From the NCBI GenBank assembly GCA_964016885.1, contig OZ024741.1, positions 11,098,001 through 11,162,000 of the forward strand: a DNA stretch of 64,000 bases, written 5' to 3'. The stretch comes from Eledone cirrhosa. Its lineage: Eukaryota. Of the stretch, positions 41,823 through 53,780 are shown one piece after another. Each line of letters starts with the position of its first letter. The stretch's first letter is position 1. The notes under the pieces were generated by a model. The model was given only the letters and a program-made list of their open reading frames with translations. It did no database searches and was not told where the DNA came from. The position numbers were made by a program, and so were the translations under genes.

Positions 41823-44800
41823 TCAGACCACAAGTTAGTGAGCTGCATGGTCAACCTTGACAGAACGCATAGACAGGGTTACTGGAAGCTCAACTTGTCC
41901 TTACCGGCAAGTAAGGCTTACAGGGACCGGATTAGCACTTTAGTTAAGGAGCGGTTGACGGGCGCCATCGTCAACAGCAGGTGGTGGGGATCTCTCAAAA
42001 GAGAGATTAGAGTAGTCTCTATAGAATTTAGTAAGGAGTTAGCCTCAAATAGAAATAGGAAGGAAAGGGAGTTGGTAGATAGTGTAGAAGAGGCAATTAG
42101 AAGCGGCGACGTGGCCAGAGTGCTAGCGTCGAGAACGGCCCTGGGCCAGTTCTTCGACGCGAAACACGAAGGCTGCATCGTCCGAAGCAAAATACGTGCT
42201 CTGGGAAACGAGGGGACCAAAGCTGTTAGCTGGGCCGGCGTGACAGAAGCCAAAAGAGGGAGCAGATCCACTATCCGGTCTTTGCGAGACCAGGATGGAC
42301 GGGTGATCCTTGAACCTAAGCAGATGTGCGAGGCTTTTCAAAAGCACTTTGCCGAATTGTTCGGAAGGTGCGGGGAGCCGGTTGGGGAAGTGGACTTCGG
42401 TCCATACCTCGACGGCCTGCCGCGTCTCTCGGACAGGGAGGCGAAGTCCTGCGAGGAGCCGATTTCAGCCGCTGAGATAGAGGACGTGCTGAGCCAATGC
42501 GGCAAACGCAAATCCCCGGGTCTCGATGGTCTTCCATACGAACTATATCTAGCTATGCCGGACTTGTTCCCCGATCTCCTCGAGGCGGTCTACTGCAACT
42601 GGCAACAGAACGGAAGAATTCCCTGTACTGTGACCAAGGGCGTAGTCACGCTAGTGAGGAAGGACGAGAACAAGGTGGACGATATAAATAATTTCAGGCC
42701 CATAACTCTGCTAAATACAGAGTTACAGATTTTGGCCAAGATGCTAGCAAAGAGGTTGGCGCTTGTCGTGGGCAACCTGGTGGGAGATGCGCAGACATGT
42801 GCTATCCCGTCCAGGTTCATCCACGACAACCTCCACCTTATGCGATACATCATAGAGAGGGTTGGGAACGAACCCGGCTTTGGTGGGGCCCTTATCAACT
42901 TGGATCAATCTAAGGCGTTCGATAGGGTCGACCATGGTTACCTGGATGCGGTGCTAGCGGCGGCAGGCTTCGGACCTGTTTTCAGGGGCTGGATCAATGC
43001 CATGCACAGCAGCCGCATCTGCTCTAGGGTCAAGGTGAACGGCTACCTCTCGGAGCCGTTCGAAATCGCGCGGTCCATCCGACAGGGGTGCCCTCTCTCC
43101 TCCCTTCTGTATGTAATGACTCTAGAGCCACTGCTGCGGAAGTTGGAGTTGTTGCAGGGCATCCCGTTGGAACCGGGATTGCGGAAAGCGGTGTCGGCCT
43201 ACGCCGACGACGTAACAGTAATGGTGTCGACGGCCTCGGAAATCGGGGCGATCGGCACCTTACTGGAGGAGTACGAAAGGTTTACAGGGGCTAAGCTGAA
43301 CCGGGACAAGTCAATCGGTCTGCAACTCGGTACGTGCAGGGGCAGATCGATGCCCTCCGATGGCGTCGTCGGGCGCTGGACGGAGGGCCCGGTGAAGTTG
43401 CTCGGGGTCTGGTTCGGACCAGACCTCCAGGTGGAGAAGAACTGGGGTGAGGTAACGAACAGGGTGTTTGCACTGACCCAGAAGTGGGCCGAGTGCAAAC
43501 TGTCCCTGAAAGGTCGGGCGGAGGTGGCGAACACTTATATAGCGTCCGTCATCTACTACCACCTGACCGTGGTGCCTTGCCCAAGGGAAACGCTCGCCAA
43601 AATGGAGCGCGCACTCTTCCAATTCCTTTGGAAGAAGCGGGCTCCTATGGGGAGGAGATCCATTTGCTGTCAACACCCTTCGAAAGGAGGGCTGGGGATG
43701 CCGTGGCTAATGATACCTAAACACGCATTAAGGCTTCTGCACCTCCAGGTATTCCTCTCCGGTCAACCGGTGTGGGCCCCGTTTGTGAGGCGAGCCTTTC
43801 CCAGACTCGTCTCACTCACCGAGCTGCAATCCTGGGTCAAGCAAAGACCGAGAAAACTGGGCGCCTGGCACACCGAGGCGCCCACGGCTCTCTGGCAGGC
43901 GGACCCGGCTGTCAGTGGAGAATCCACCTCGTCATTCTATAGAGGGCTGGTGGTTAGCAGGTGCGACGACGCCCTCGGAGAAGCCCTAGGTATAGAGGAA
44001 GACGAACTGGCCAACCTGTTCGGTAGGAAATTCAGCCCGGGACCCATGGATAACTTCCAGAGGTCCCTGGCCTGGCAGTGCTACAGAAGGGCTCTGCCCG
44101 TTCGAGAAAGGCTCTACAGACACGGGCACCCGCGTAGGGACCCCTCGAAAAAGATCTGTCCCAGATGCGTGTGCGACGAGGAAACCGTTGCACACGCATT
44201 GGTACACTGCTCGGGCATTGCCGATCTGTGGGGCTATGTCGAACAACTGCTATCAAGGGTGGGACCGATCCGGTTGACCACCGAGTCTATTGTAACGATC
44301 AAGCCGCTTCCTCTCTTCAAAAACGAAGGAGAAGCGGTGTTTCTGTGCGTAATAGCCATGGCGAAAGAGGTTGTATGGTGGACGCGTCTGAAAGGACTGA
44401 GGTCAGACACCTTTCTCTCTGGCCAACAACTGGTCCGTTTCTTCCGATATCATTTCGGAAGAAGGGTCAGGATGGAGAGAGAGGTGCTGCACCCCAGCCG
44501 TTTTTATGAAAGATGGGTGAAAGTGGCGAGAATGGCCCTTCTGAATGGGCCTTCACTCTACATCAGACTATAGGTGAGGAAGATGAAAGACCAAGGGAGC
44601 ACCCCTTCTCTGTGCTCCTGAGGAGAAGGTTTTCACACTTTTTTTCGGGGGGGGGGGGGCGACCCCCAAGGCGCCTCCTCTCTATTGAGGATTTTGTTAT
44701 AAATTTTATTTTGTTATATTTTATTTTATTTTTATATTTTGTTATTGCCTCCTCCTTATTGAGGACGCCTTGTTATGTAAACTTCCCCCATTGTACTTGT

Positions 44801-44837
44801 CCCACTTTTTGATGCCCTGGTGGCAAATAAAAAGAAA

Positions 44838-44839
<2 letters not shown>
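41823..44839 (+). mobile_element. Tx1-like (L1 superfamily) LINE, 5'-truncated, inserted in (TATC)n
   Basis: Starts at the EN end SDHKLV..GYWKLN; both flanks (TATC)n; AATAAA at the 3' end. Confidence 0.9.
41838..44573 (+). CDS. Tx1-like ORF2 RT + zf-RVT (open 911 aa, EN truncated)
   Basis: KSPGLDGLP, FRPITLLN, LDQSKAFDRV, IRQGCPLS, YADDV, LLGVWF, GGLGMP, CPRC...ETVAHALVHC. Confidence 0.9.
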   Translation: MSCMVNLDRTHRQGYWKLNLSLPASKAYRDRISTLVKERLTGAIVNSRWWGSLKREIRVVSIEFSKELASNRNRKERELVDSVEEAIRSGDVARVLASRTALGQFFDAKHEGCIVRSKIRALGNEGTKAVSWAGVTEAKRGSRSTIRSLRDQDGRVILEPKQMCEAFQKHFAELFGRCGEPVGEVDFGPYLDGLPRLSDREAKSCEEPISAAEIEDVLSQCGKRKSPGLDGLPYELYLAMPDLFPDLLEAVYCNWQQNGRIPCTVTKGVVTLVRKDENKVDDINNFRPITLLNTELQILAKMLAKRLALVVGNLVGDAQTCAIPSRFIHDNLHLMRYIIERVGNEPGFGGALINLDQSKAFDRVDHGYLDAVLAAAGFGPVFRGWINAMHSSRICSRVKVNGYLSEPFEIARSIRQGCPLSSLLYVMTLEPLLRKLELLQGIPLEPGLRKAVSAYADDVTVMVSTASEIGAIGTLLEEYERFTGAKLNRDKSIGLQLGTCRGRSMPSDGVVGRWTEGPVKLLGVWFGPDLQVEKNWGEVTNRVFALTQKWAECKLSLKGRAEVANTYIASVIYYHLTVVPCPRETLAKMERALFQFLWKKRAPMGRRSICCQHPSKGGLGMPWLMIPKHALRLLHLQVFLSGQPVWAPFVRRAFPRLVSLTELQSWVKQRPRKLGAWHTEAPTALWQADPAVSGESTSSFYRGLVVSRCDDALGEALGIEEDELANLFGRKFSPGPMDNFQRSLAWQCYRRALPVRERLYRHGHPRRDPSKKICPRCVCDEETVAHALVHCSGIADLWGYVEQLLSRVGPIRLTTESIVTIKPLPLFKNEGEAVFLCVIAMAKEVVWWTRLKGLRSDTFLSGQQLVRFFRYHFGRRVRMEREVLHPSRFYERWVKVARMALLNGPSLYIRL

Positions 44840-44893
<54 letters not shown>

Positions 44894-44901
44894 CCTAGCT
44901 A

Positions 44902-46553
44902 GAACCGGGATTGCGGAAAGCGGTGTCGGCCTACGCCGATGACGTAACAGTAATGGTGTCGACGGCCTCGGAAATCAGGGCGATCGGCACCTTACTGGAG
45001 GAGTACGAAAGGTTTACAGGGGCTAAGCTGAACCGGGACAAGTCGATCGGTCTGCAACTCGGCACGTGGAGGGGCAGATCGATGCCCTCCGATGGCGTCG
45101 TCGGGCGCTGGACGGAGGGCCCGGTGAAGTTGCTCAGGGTCTGGTTCGGACCAGACCTCCAGGTGGAGAAGAACTGGGGTGAGGTGACGAACAGGGTGTT
45201 TGCACTGACCCAGAAGTGGGCCGAGTGCAAACTGTCCCTGAAAGGACGGGCGGAGGTGGCGAACACTTATATAGCGTCCGTCATCTACTACCGCCTGACC
45301 GTTGTGCCTTGCCCAAGGGAAACGCTCGCCAAAATGGAGCGCGCACTCTTCCAATTGCTTTGGAAGAAGCGGGCTCCTATGGTGAGGAGATCCATCTGCT
45401 GTCAACACCCTTCGAAAGGAGGGCTGGGGATGCCGTGGCTAATGATACGTAAACACGCATTAAGGCTACGGCACCTTCAGGTATTTCTCTCCGGTCAACC
45501 GGTGTGGGCCCCGTTTGTGAGGCGAGCCTTTCCCAGACTCGTCTCACTCACCGAGCTGCAATCCTGGGTCAAGCAAAGACCGAGAAAACTGGCACACCGA
45601 GTGTGCCCAGGCACTCACGGCTCTCTGGCAGGCGGACCCGGCTGTCAGTGGAGAATCCACCTCGTCATTCTATAGTGGGCTAGTGGTTAGCAGGTGCGAC
45701 GACGCCCTTGGAGAAGCCCTAGGCATGGAGGAAGACGAACTGGCCAACCTGTTCGGTAGGACATTCAGCCCGGGACCCATGGATAACTTCCAGATGTCCC
45801 TGGCCTGGCAATGCTACAGAAGGGCTCTGCCCGTTCGAGAAAAGCTCTACAGACACGGGCGCCCGGGTAGGGACCCATCGAAAAAGATCTGTCCCAGATG
45901 CGTGTGCGACGAGGAAACCGTTGCACACGCATTGGTACACTGCTCGGGCATTGCCGATCTGTGGGGTTATCTCGAACAACTGCTGTCAAGGGTGGGACCA
46001 ATCCGGTTGACCACCGAGTCTATTGTAACGATCTTCAAAAACGAAGGAGAGGCGGTGTTTCTGTGCGTAATAGCCATGGCGAAAGAGGTTGTATGGTGGA
46101 CGCGTCTGAAAGGACTGAGGTCGGGCACTTTTCTCTCTGGCCAACAACTGGTCCGTTTCTTCCGATATCATTTCGGAAGAAGGATCAGGATGGAGAGAGA
46201 GGTGCTGCACCCCAGCCGTTTCTATGAAAGATGGGTGAAAGTGGCGAGAATGGCCCGTGTGAATGGGCCTTCACTCTACATCAGACTATAGGTGAGGAAG
46301 ATGAAAGACCAAGGGAGCACCCCTTCTCTGTGCTCCTGAGGAGAAGGGTTGCACACTTTTTTCGGGGGTGTGTGCGAACCCCCAAGGCGCCTCCTCTCTA
46401 TTGAGGACTTTGTTATAAATTTTATTTTTTGTTATATTTTATTTTATTTTTATATATTGTTATTGCCTCCTCCTTATTGAGGACGCCTTGTTTTGTAAAC
46501 TCTCCCCATTGTACTTGTCCCACTTTTGATGCCCTGGTGGCAAATAAAAGAAA
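44902..46553 (+). mobile_element. Second, more truncated and frameshifted Tx1-like copy in (TATC)n
   Basis: Near-identical to 43170-44839 with small indels. Confidence 0.92.
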
Positions 46554-46569
46554 CATATCTATCTACCTA

Positions 46570-46985
46570 TTGGGGATTTTAATTGTTATTTGTTGTTTTA
46601 TTAATAGTTTTATTTTCATATACCTGTATGTAAACTCCCCATTTGTATTTGTCCCCTTCTTTTGTGCCCTTGTGGCTAATAAATAAATGTATCTATCTAT
46701 CTACCTATCTATCTAAGTTTCGTTTCCTATACAACCAAACACCGCCACAATCTCCATCACCACCATCACCATCATCACCACCATCACCACCATCAACACC
46801 ATCACCACCATCAACACCATCACCACCATCACCACCATCAACACCATCACCACCATCAACACCATCACCATCTTTACATGGACCCACCACACCACATCTA
46901 ACCACACCACTGTCAGTTGTGTACTTGTATCATGTCCTTGTGCCGTCCAAATCATCTTTATGCCCTTGTGGCCAATAAAGAATGT
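46570..46985 (+). mobile_element. Two diverged Tx1-like 3' tails (46570-46690, 46915-46985) flanking a (CCA/TCA)n repeat
   Basis: TGTA.TTGT...TGCCCTTGTGGC.AATAAA matches the tail of the full copies. Confidence 0.6.
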
Positions 46986-46995
46986 ATTATTATTT

Positions 46996-47442
<447 letters not shown>

Positions 47443-47941
47443 ATATGTATGTATGTACTTATATATTTGCTGGTTTCTGGTGGGAATTATTCATTATTTA
47501 TAATTTTGTGCGGGTTTTTCTCCTCCTTGTTGCCGAAAATTGTTAATATATCAAACTTAAAATACATTCACAAATTTACTGTGTTTCCTACAAATTTCCC
47601 TCCTTTTTTTCTGGTGGGGTAGAGGTTTTAGATAAGAGACACATTGCTTTGAAAGACACAAACTCACAAACAAACAAACACACAAACACACAAAACAAAC
47701 AAAACACACAAACAGAAAGCTAAAGAAGCCAAAAGCAAGACGTAAAAGCAGAAAAGATGAGAATGCAACCTTCTAGGATGTGTAATATTTACTAGAGGAC
47801 AGAAATGTTTATCTTTAATCGTTATATTTCTCGTTGCCGTCGTAGTAGATGTTTTCCAAAACACTCTTTTTCCATTTATTTCACTAGAACAAGAAATAAC
47901 AAGCAAAGTTATCAGGTAAGATAATGGTGAAAAATGAGCTT

Positions 47942-48034
<93 letters not shown>

Positions 48035-48035
48035 G

Positions 48036-48070
<35 letters not shown>

Positions 48071-48095
48071 GTGTGTGTCTGTGTGTGTGTGTGTG

Positions 48096-48166
<71 letters not shown>

Positions 48167-48167
48167 G

Positions 48168-48232
<65 letters not shown>

Positions 48233-48420
48233 GTGTGGGTGTGGGTGTGTGTATGTATATGCATATATATATATATATATCTGTATATATATATATACAT
48301 ACATAGATATATATTATGTGAAACAACTTGAAGAGTTTACCAAACCCGCTTAAAATCAGAATAGTTCATTTTCATCTATTTATCTACCTTACTGTTCGGC
48401 TTTTTTCAAAATATAACACA

Positions 48421-48780
48421 AACATGGTGGTGGCTGCCAACTCGTTTTTGAGTACGGCCACTACTTTATATCCATGTAGGAGAACCCCTACCAATGCGCT
48501 GAACAAGTGTGACTTTTTAGTCCAGCCAGCGACTTGAAAACTCTGGTACAAACACTACACTTGTGACAATTATTGACACATAGTGCTGGGCCCATGGTAC
48601 CATGTGACGACAAGTGCAGAGAGATCTCCAGATACAAAGCAATGCCTGTGCCGTGAAGCTTTTATAGTGAGCAAAGGCACTGCACAAAGCCAGTCCCACT
48701 CTCTTAACCAAGATGATTTTTACCAAAAAGAAGAACAATTCAACATCATTGGATACCATCAGGGTTGCAGGTGTTATATC
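48421..48780 (-). mobile_element. 5'-truncated copy of the non-coding element at 52887-53516
   Basis: Reverse complement of 53163-53516. Confidence 0.85.
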
Positions 48781-48869
48781 ATACATACATACATACATAC
48801 ATACATACATACATACATACATACATACATACATACATACATACATTCATACATACATACATACATACA

Positions 48870-51250
48870 AACAGAACAAGAACTAAACACCACCAAAAAT
48901 ACCATCATATATAACTAAAATAGAAAAAAAAAGTGCTGACCTACGAAAAAACATAGGACATGTGGCAATGCTCCTTACATGCAAACAAACGCAAAAAAAC
49001 CTCACTCCTCACCAACAAAGAGTGAAAAATAAAATAGAGACGATGTTTGGTAACAGTAGAACCAGAACTCTCCAATATAAGCTGATCACCCTCAAACAAG
49101 AATTGAGAGCTGTTAGGGGTAGATGAGAGAAAAATGCTTAATAAAAGATTCAGACGAAACCAGACATCAGTCTATAGAGATATGAAGGGCAAAATAATAA
49201 GTGTCACTGAGGCCCCATCCCAGAAAGACATAGATTCCTTTTGGAGAAAAATATGGGGTGAAAAGAAGAATTTCAACCAAGATGCAGTGTGGCTAAGAGA
49301 AATCCGAAAGAACTATTGCTCCTACACTACAACAAAAACATACGAAATAAGTGAGGGTACCCTTGAGACTGTGATAGGAAAACTCCAAGATAAGAAAACA
49401 CCATGAAGAGACATGATTGTCGGCTACTGGTACAAAAGACTAATATTCTATCGGAGGTATCTTACTGACCTCTACCAAGAAGTTCTTAAGGGAGATACAC
49501 TTATACCAGAATGGTTGACATTAGCACAAACGTTACTGGTCCGCAAGAACAAAGACACCCACTTGGCAAAAAATACCGACCCATTGCATGCCAGAACCTG
49601 ATGTATAAGATGTATACAGCCTGCCTGAACCTATTCCTCCAAGATCACTGTGAAAATAATAACATCATCACAGATGAACAAGCAGCTGGAAAGAAAAGGG
49701 TTTGGGGATGTGCTGAACAACTCCTAATCAACAAAACTGCGATGTCGGAGGTGCGACAACTTAGGAGGAATATGACTACAGTCTGGCTGGACTACAAGAA
49801 AGCTTTCGATTCTGTTCCCCACTCTTGGATGATAGAGGCCCTCCAACTTGCTAAAGACACAGACATTATTGTCAGAGCCATAGAGAGGCTGTCTTCTTCT
49901 TGGGCTACTATCCTAAGGTTAAAGACAGAGATGGATGACTCTATTTTCACTGATAAAATAAAATATTGCAGGGGTATATTTCAAGGGGACAGTCTCTCTG
50001 TGGTATTGTTCATCTTGTCATTAAACCCCTTGTCCTTTCTGCTCAAGAAATATGAGGGATACATCATTGGCTCACAGGAGGACAGAAATACGAACCTAAC
50101 CGATAATTTCTTTGTGGATGATCTGAAACTCTATGCCAAGAACATGGATGGGATGAAGAAAATCTTGACCTGGTTACAACGTTCTCAAAGGATATCGGAA
50201 TGGAGTTTGGCCAAGATAAATGCTCATACATGACTGTAAAGCGGGGAAAAACAACAACCCAATCTAGCAACATTGTCATCAATGGTCTAACTGTTTCACC
50301 GATATCTGATGAGGACTGCTACAGATACCTGGGGATAGATGAGAACATATCCTATAAAGGTATCTGTAATAAAGAACGCGTAACCAGGGAATACTACACC
50401 CGATTAAGAAAGATCTGGTCATCGGAACTCTCTGCGCAAAACAAAACAGTGGCTCACAATGTGTTTGCTGTGCCTGTCCTAACACCAACGTTTGGAATAC
50501 TCAATTGGACGATAGACGAAATCCGAGCAGTTGATGTTGGAACTCGAAAAATACTGAACAACACCGGAAACTTCCACATCAACAGTGACATAGACCGCCT
50601 TTACTTGAAACGTAAGCAGGGAGGCAGAGGCCTAACATCAGTCCAGACAACATTTGAATGTCGCATCATTTCTCTCCGACAACATCTACGAACCTCGAAG
50701 CGTAGGAGCCCGCTTCTCGAGCAAGTCTATCTGCATGAAACAGATAAGATCATGAGAGTTGGGAAGGAACTCCTTGAGAGATATTCCCTGTGCGATAATC
50801 AAAAACTCACTCACAGGGATGTCGCTCAGCAGTATCGCAGTGAATCCATGGATCAAAAACTGCATGCCTGTCAGCAAAAAATCATGCATGGATATGTTGC
50901 CAGGAAGCTCCAGAGTGAGAGTAATATAGATAAGGAAAGTAGTCTATCTTGGACCAACAACCGCTATATTGGCTCCCGCTTTGAAGGATACGCTTTTGCA
51001 ATCCAAGAACAGGAGATTAGCACGAAATACCTGATTCACAAAAGAGATAGGCATGCAGGCGAAACACCTAGATGTGATAACAAGTGCAGACTCTGCAGAA
51101 CTAACATCGAGGATATCACGCATGTCATCAGCAGCTGCCCAAAGATGTCATCGCGGTACTATCGACCTATGAGGCAGATGTAGTGGCCAAAACACTGTAC
51201 AATGCAGTTCGTAAAACTGATGGGTTTGAGTATTCTGGCTAGGAGCCATG
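48870..51250 (+). pseudogene. R4/Dong-like non-LTR retrotransposon RT + CCHC knuckle, frameshifted
   Basis: YRPIACQNLMYK, WLDYKKAFDSVPH, GIFQGDSLS, FVDDLKLY, YRYLG, LYLKRKQGGRGL, CRLC...HVISSC; preceded by (TACA)n. Confidence 0.88.
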
Positions 51251-51462
51251 AAATTTTGTAGAGTGGTCCCTCCACGCTCGATACAATATATGCATGTGTA
51301 GATATGGATGTTATTGTATGTGTGGATGTGGATGTTTTGAGTTGTATGTGTGTATGTGTATATGCTTTGTACATATATATATATATATATACATACACAT
51401 ATATATACTTACATATATATGCTTACATACATATATGCCTACATACATACATGCATACATAC

Positions 51463-52222
51463 ATCATCGTGGTACTATCTACCTATGAGGCATGATGTAG
51501 TGGCCAAATACCTGTACAATGCAATCCGTAGAAAAGATAGCCCCCATAATAAACACATTAAAAGTTACAGCAATGTGGAAGACATCCATGTACATAATAT
51601 GAAAGAGTACTGGTGGAATGTTCCAGTAAAAACGCCAATAAAATGCAGGCCTAACAGACCAGATATTATGATATGGGACAGGGAGAAGAAAGCATGCACA
51701 GTAGTGGAAATTAGCTGCCCAGCAGATGCCAATATAATATCAAAGATTAGTGAAAAGGAGAATATTTATGCAGAACTGATGAGAAATCTGCAGATACTCC
51801 ACCCTGATTACACCTTCCGATTTATGCCTGTGATTATTGGGGCACTGGGGTATGTTAGTAACTGCCTCAATACAAATATTGAGAAGCTAGGCTTCACAGG
51901 AATAGAAAGAACACAACTAGTTAGGAAACTACAAGTACAATCCATTAATGGAACAGTATCATTATGTAAAACATTCCAAAAATGTTGCATCTAATAACTG
52001 CATATACACATATACAGATACAAGGCATATACACATGCACACATACAACTCAAAATATACACATCCACACATACAATAACATCCATATCTACACATGCAT
52101 GCATACATACATATATACCTAGTTGATGTTGTGTAAATTCCAATGGGAGAGTCTTGTGTCTATGTTAGAAACCGACTCTCTCTCTATTGGTAAAACTTTG
52201 TGAAATTATAAGACCAGAAGAA
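51463..52222 (+). mobile_element. R4/Dong-like 3' fragment with restriction-like endonuclease and 3'UTR
   Basis: RHDVVAKYL...NRPDIMIWD...VVEISCP...K..Y..L...PVIIGALG; ends ACCAGAAGAA|(CATA)n. Confidence 0.9.
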
Positions 52223-52260
52223 CATACATACATACATATGCATACATACATACATACATA

Positions 52261-52772
52261 GCGAAAAGGAGAATATTTATGCAGAACTAATGAGAAATCT
52301 GCAGATACTCCACCCTGATTACACCTTCAGATTTATGCCTGTGATTATTGGAGCACTGGGATATGTTAGTAACTGCCTCAATACAAATCTTGAGAAGCTA
52401 GGCTTCACAGGAACAGAAAGAACACAACTAGTTAGGAAACTACAAGTACAATCCATTAATGGAACAGTAAAAATATGTAAAACATTCCAAAAATGCTGCA
52501 TCTAATAACTGCATATACACATGTACAGATACAAAGCATGTACAGATACACATGTACAGATACAAAGCATACACATGTACAGATACACATGCACTCATAC
52601 AACTCAAAACATCCACATCTACACATACAATAACATCCATATCTACACATGCATGCATACATATCTACCTAGTTGATGTTGTGTAACTTCCAATGAGAGA
52701 GTCTTGTGTCTATGTTAGAAACCGACTCTCTCTCTATTGGTAAAAATTTGTGAAATTATAAAACCAGAAGAA
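52261..52772 (+). mobile_element. Third R4/Dong-like 3' fragment
   Basis: Matches 51750-52222 with the same 3' end. Confidence 0.9.
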
Positions 52773-52886
52773 TATACATAATAGATACATACATACAGAT
52801 ATACATATATACATATATATATATATAAACATTCATACTTATGTATGTATGTATGTATGTATGTATGTATGTATGTATGTATGTAT

Positions 52887-53516
52887 GTATGTATGTATGT
52901 ATGTATGTCAGGTCACCAGTTGGTGCTACTGCTAACATGTATCCCAGTACAACCTGTCTCATGGTCGGGTCGTTGGCGACTAAACTGGCAACCCCACCAA
53001 GGTTTCTTCGTGAGGAGGGTGACTTTGGACATCCTGCAGGACTAAAAACAAGACCTGTCAAAGAGCAAAGGAGCTCTTAAGAGTCAATGGCCATCCAAAA
53101 TCACCGGGAGAGATGACCCCTTAGCCTTTGTCAAGGCAGAATTCTAGGAGAAGGAAAACTCTGATATAACACCTGCAACCCTGATGGTATCCAATGATGT
53201 TGACGTGTTCTTCTTTTTGGTAAATATCATCTTGGTTAAGAGAGTGGGACTGGCTTTGTGCAGTGCCTTTGCTCACTATAAAAGCTTCACGCCACAGGCA
53301 TTGCTTTATATCTGGAGATCTCTCTGCACTTGTCGTCACATGGTACCATGGGCCCAGCACTGTGTGTCAATAATTGTCACAAGTGTAGTGTTTTTACCAG
53401 AGTTTTCAAGTCGCTGGCTGGACTAAAAAGTCACACTCGTTCAGCGCATCGGTAGGGGTTCTCCTACATGGATATAAAGTAGTGGCCGTACTCGAAAACG
53501 AGTCGGCAGCCACCAT
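52887..53516 (+). mobile_element. ~630-bp non-autonomous RTE-like (bipartite) element in (TATG)n
   Basis: GGCAG...CTAGGAGAAGGAAAACTCTGAT resembles the RTE 5'UTR motif; (TGTA)n tail; no coding capacity. Confidence 0.6.
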
Positions 53517-53631
53517 GTATGTATGTATGTATGTATGTATGTAGGTGAGGGCTGTAGTATAGTTTGTGTGAACCGACATTAGAATGAGAATGATCGCTGC
53601 AAAGTAAAGCTTGATACACACACACACACAC

Positions 53632-53780
53632 GTCGACCCCAGTACTTGACTGGTACTATTTTTATCGACTTAGAATGGATGAAAGGCAAAATTGACCTCG
53701 GCGTGATTTGAAGTCAGAGAGCAGAAAATTAAAATGAATACCGCAAAGCTTCTCCCCGATGTCCTAACCACTCATTCTAC
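53632..53780 (-). mobile_element. tRNA-derived SINE whose 5' head runs into the 25-bp satellite
   Basis: Reverse complement: GGTAGAATGAGTGGTTAGGACATCGGGGAGAAGCTTTGCGGTATT...GACTTCAAATCACGCCGAGGTCAATTTTGCCTTTCATCC. Confidence 0.78.

Noticed and set aside
48421-53516. Inverted 360-bp repeats as TIRs of a composite transposon carrying the R4-like LINEs
   Set aside because: More simply two independent insertions of one non-autonomous retroelement into CATA/TATG repeats; no TSD or transposase seen
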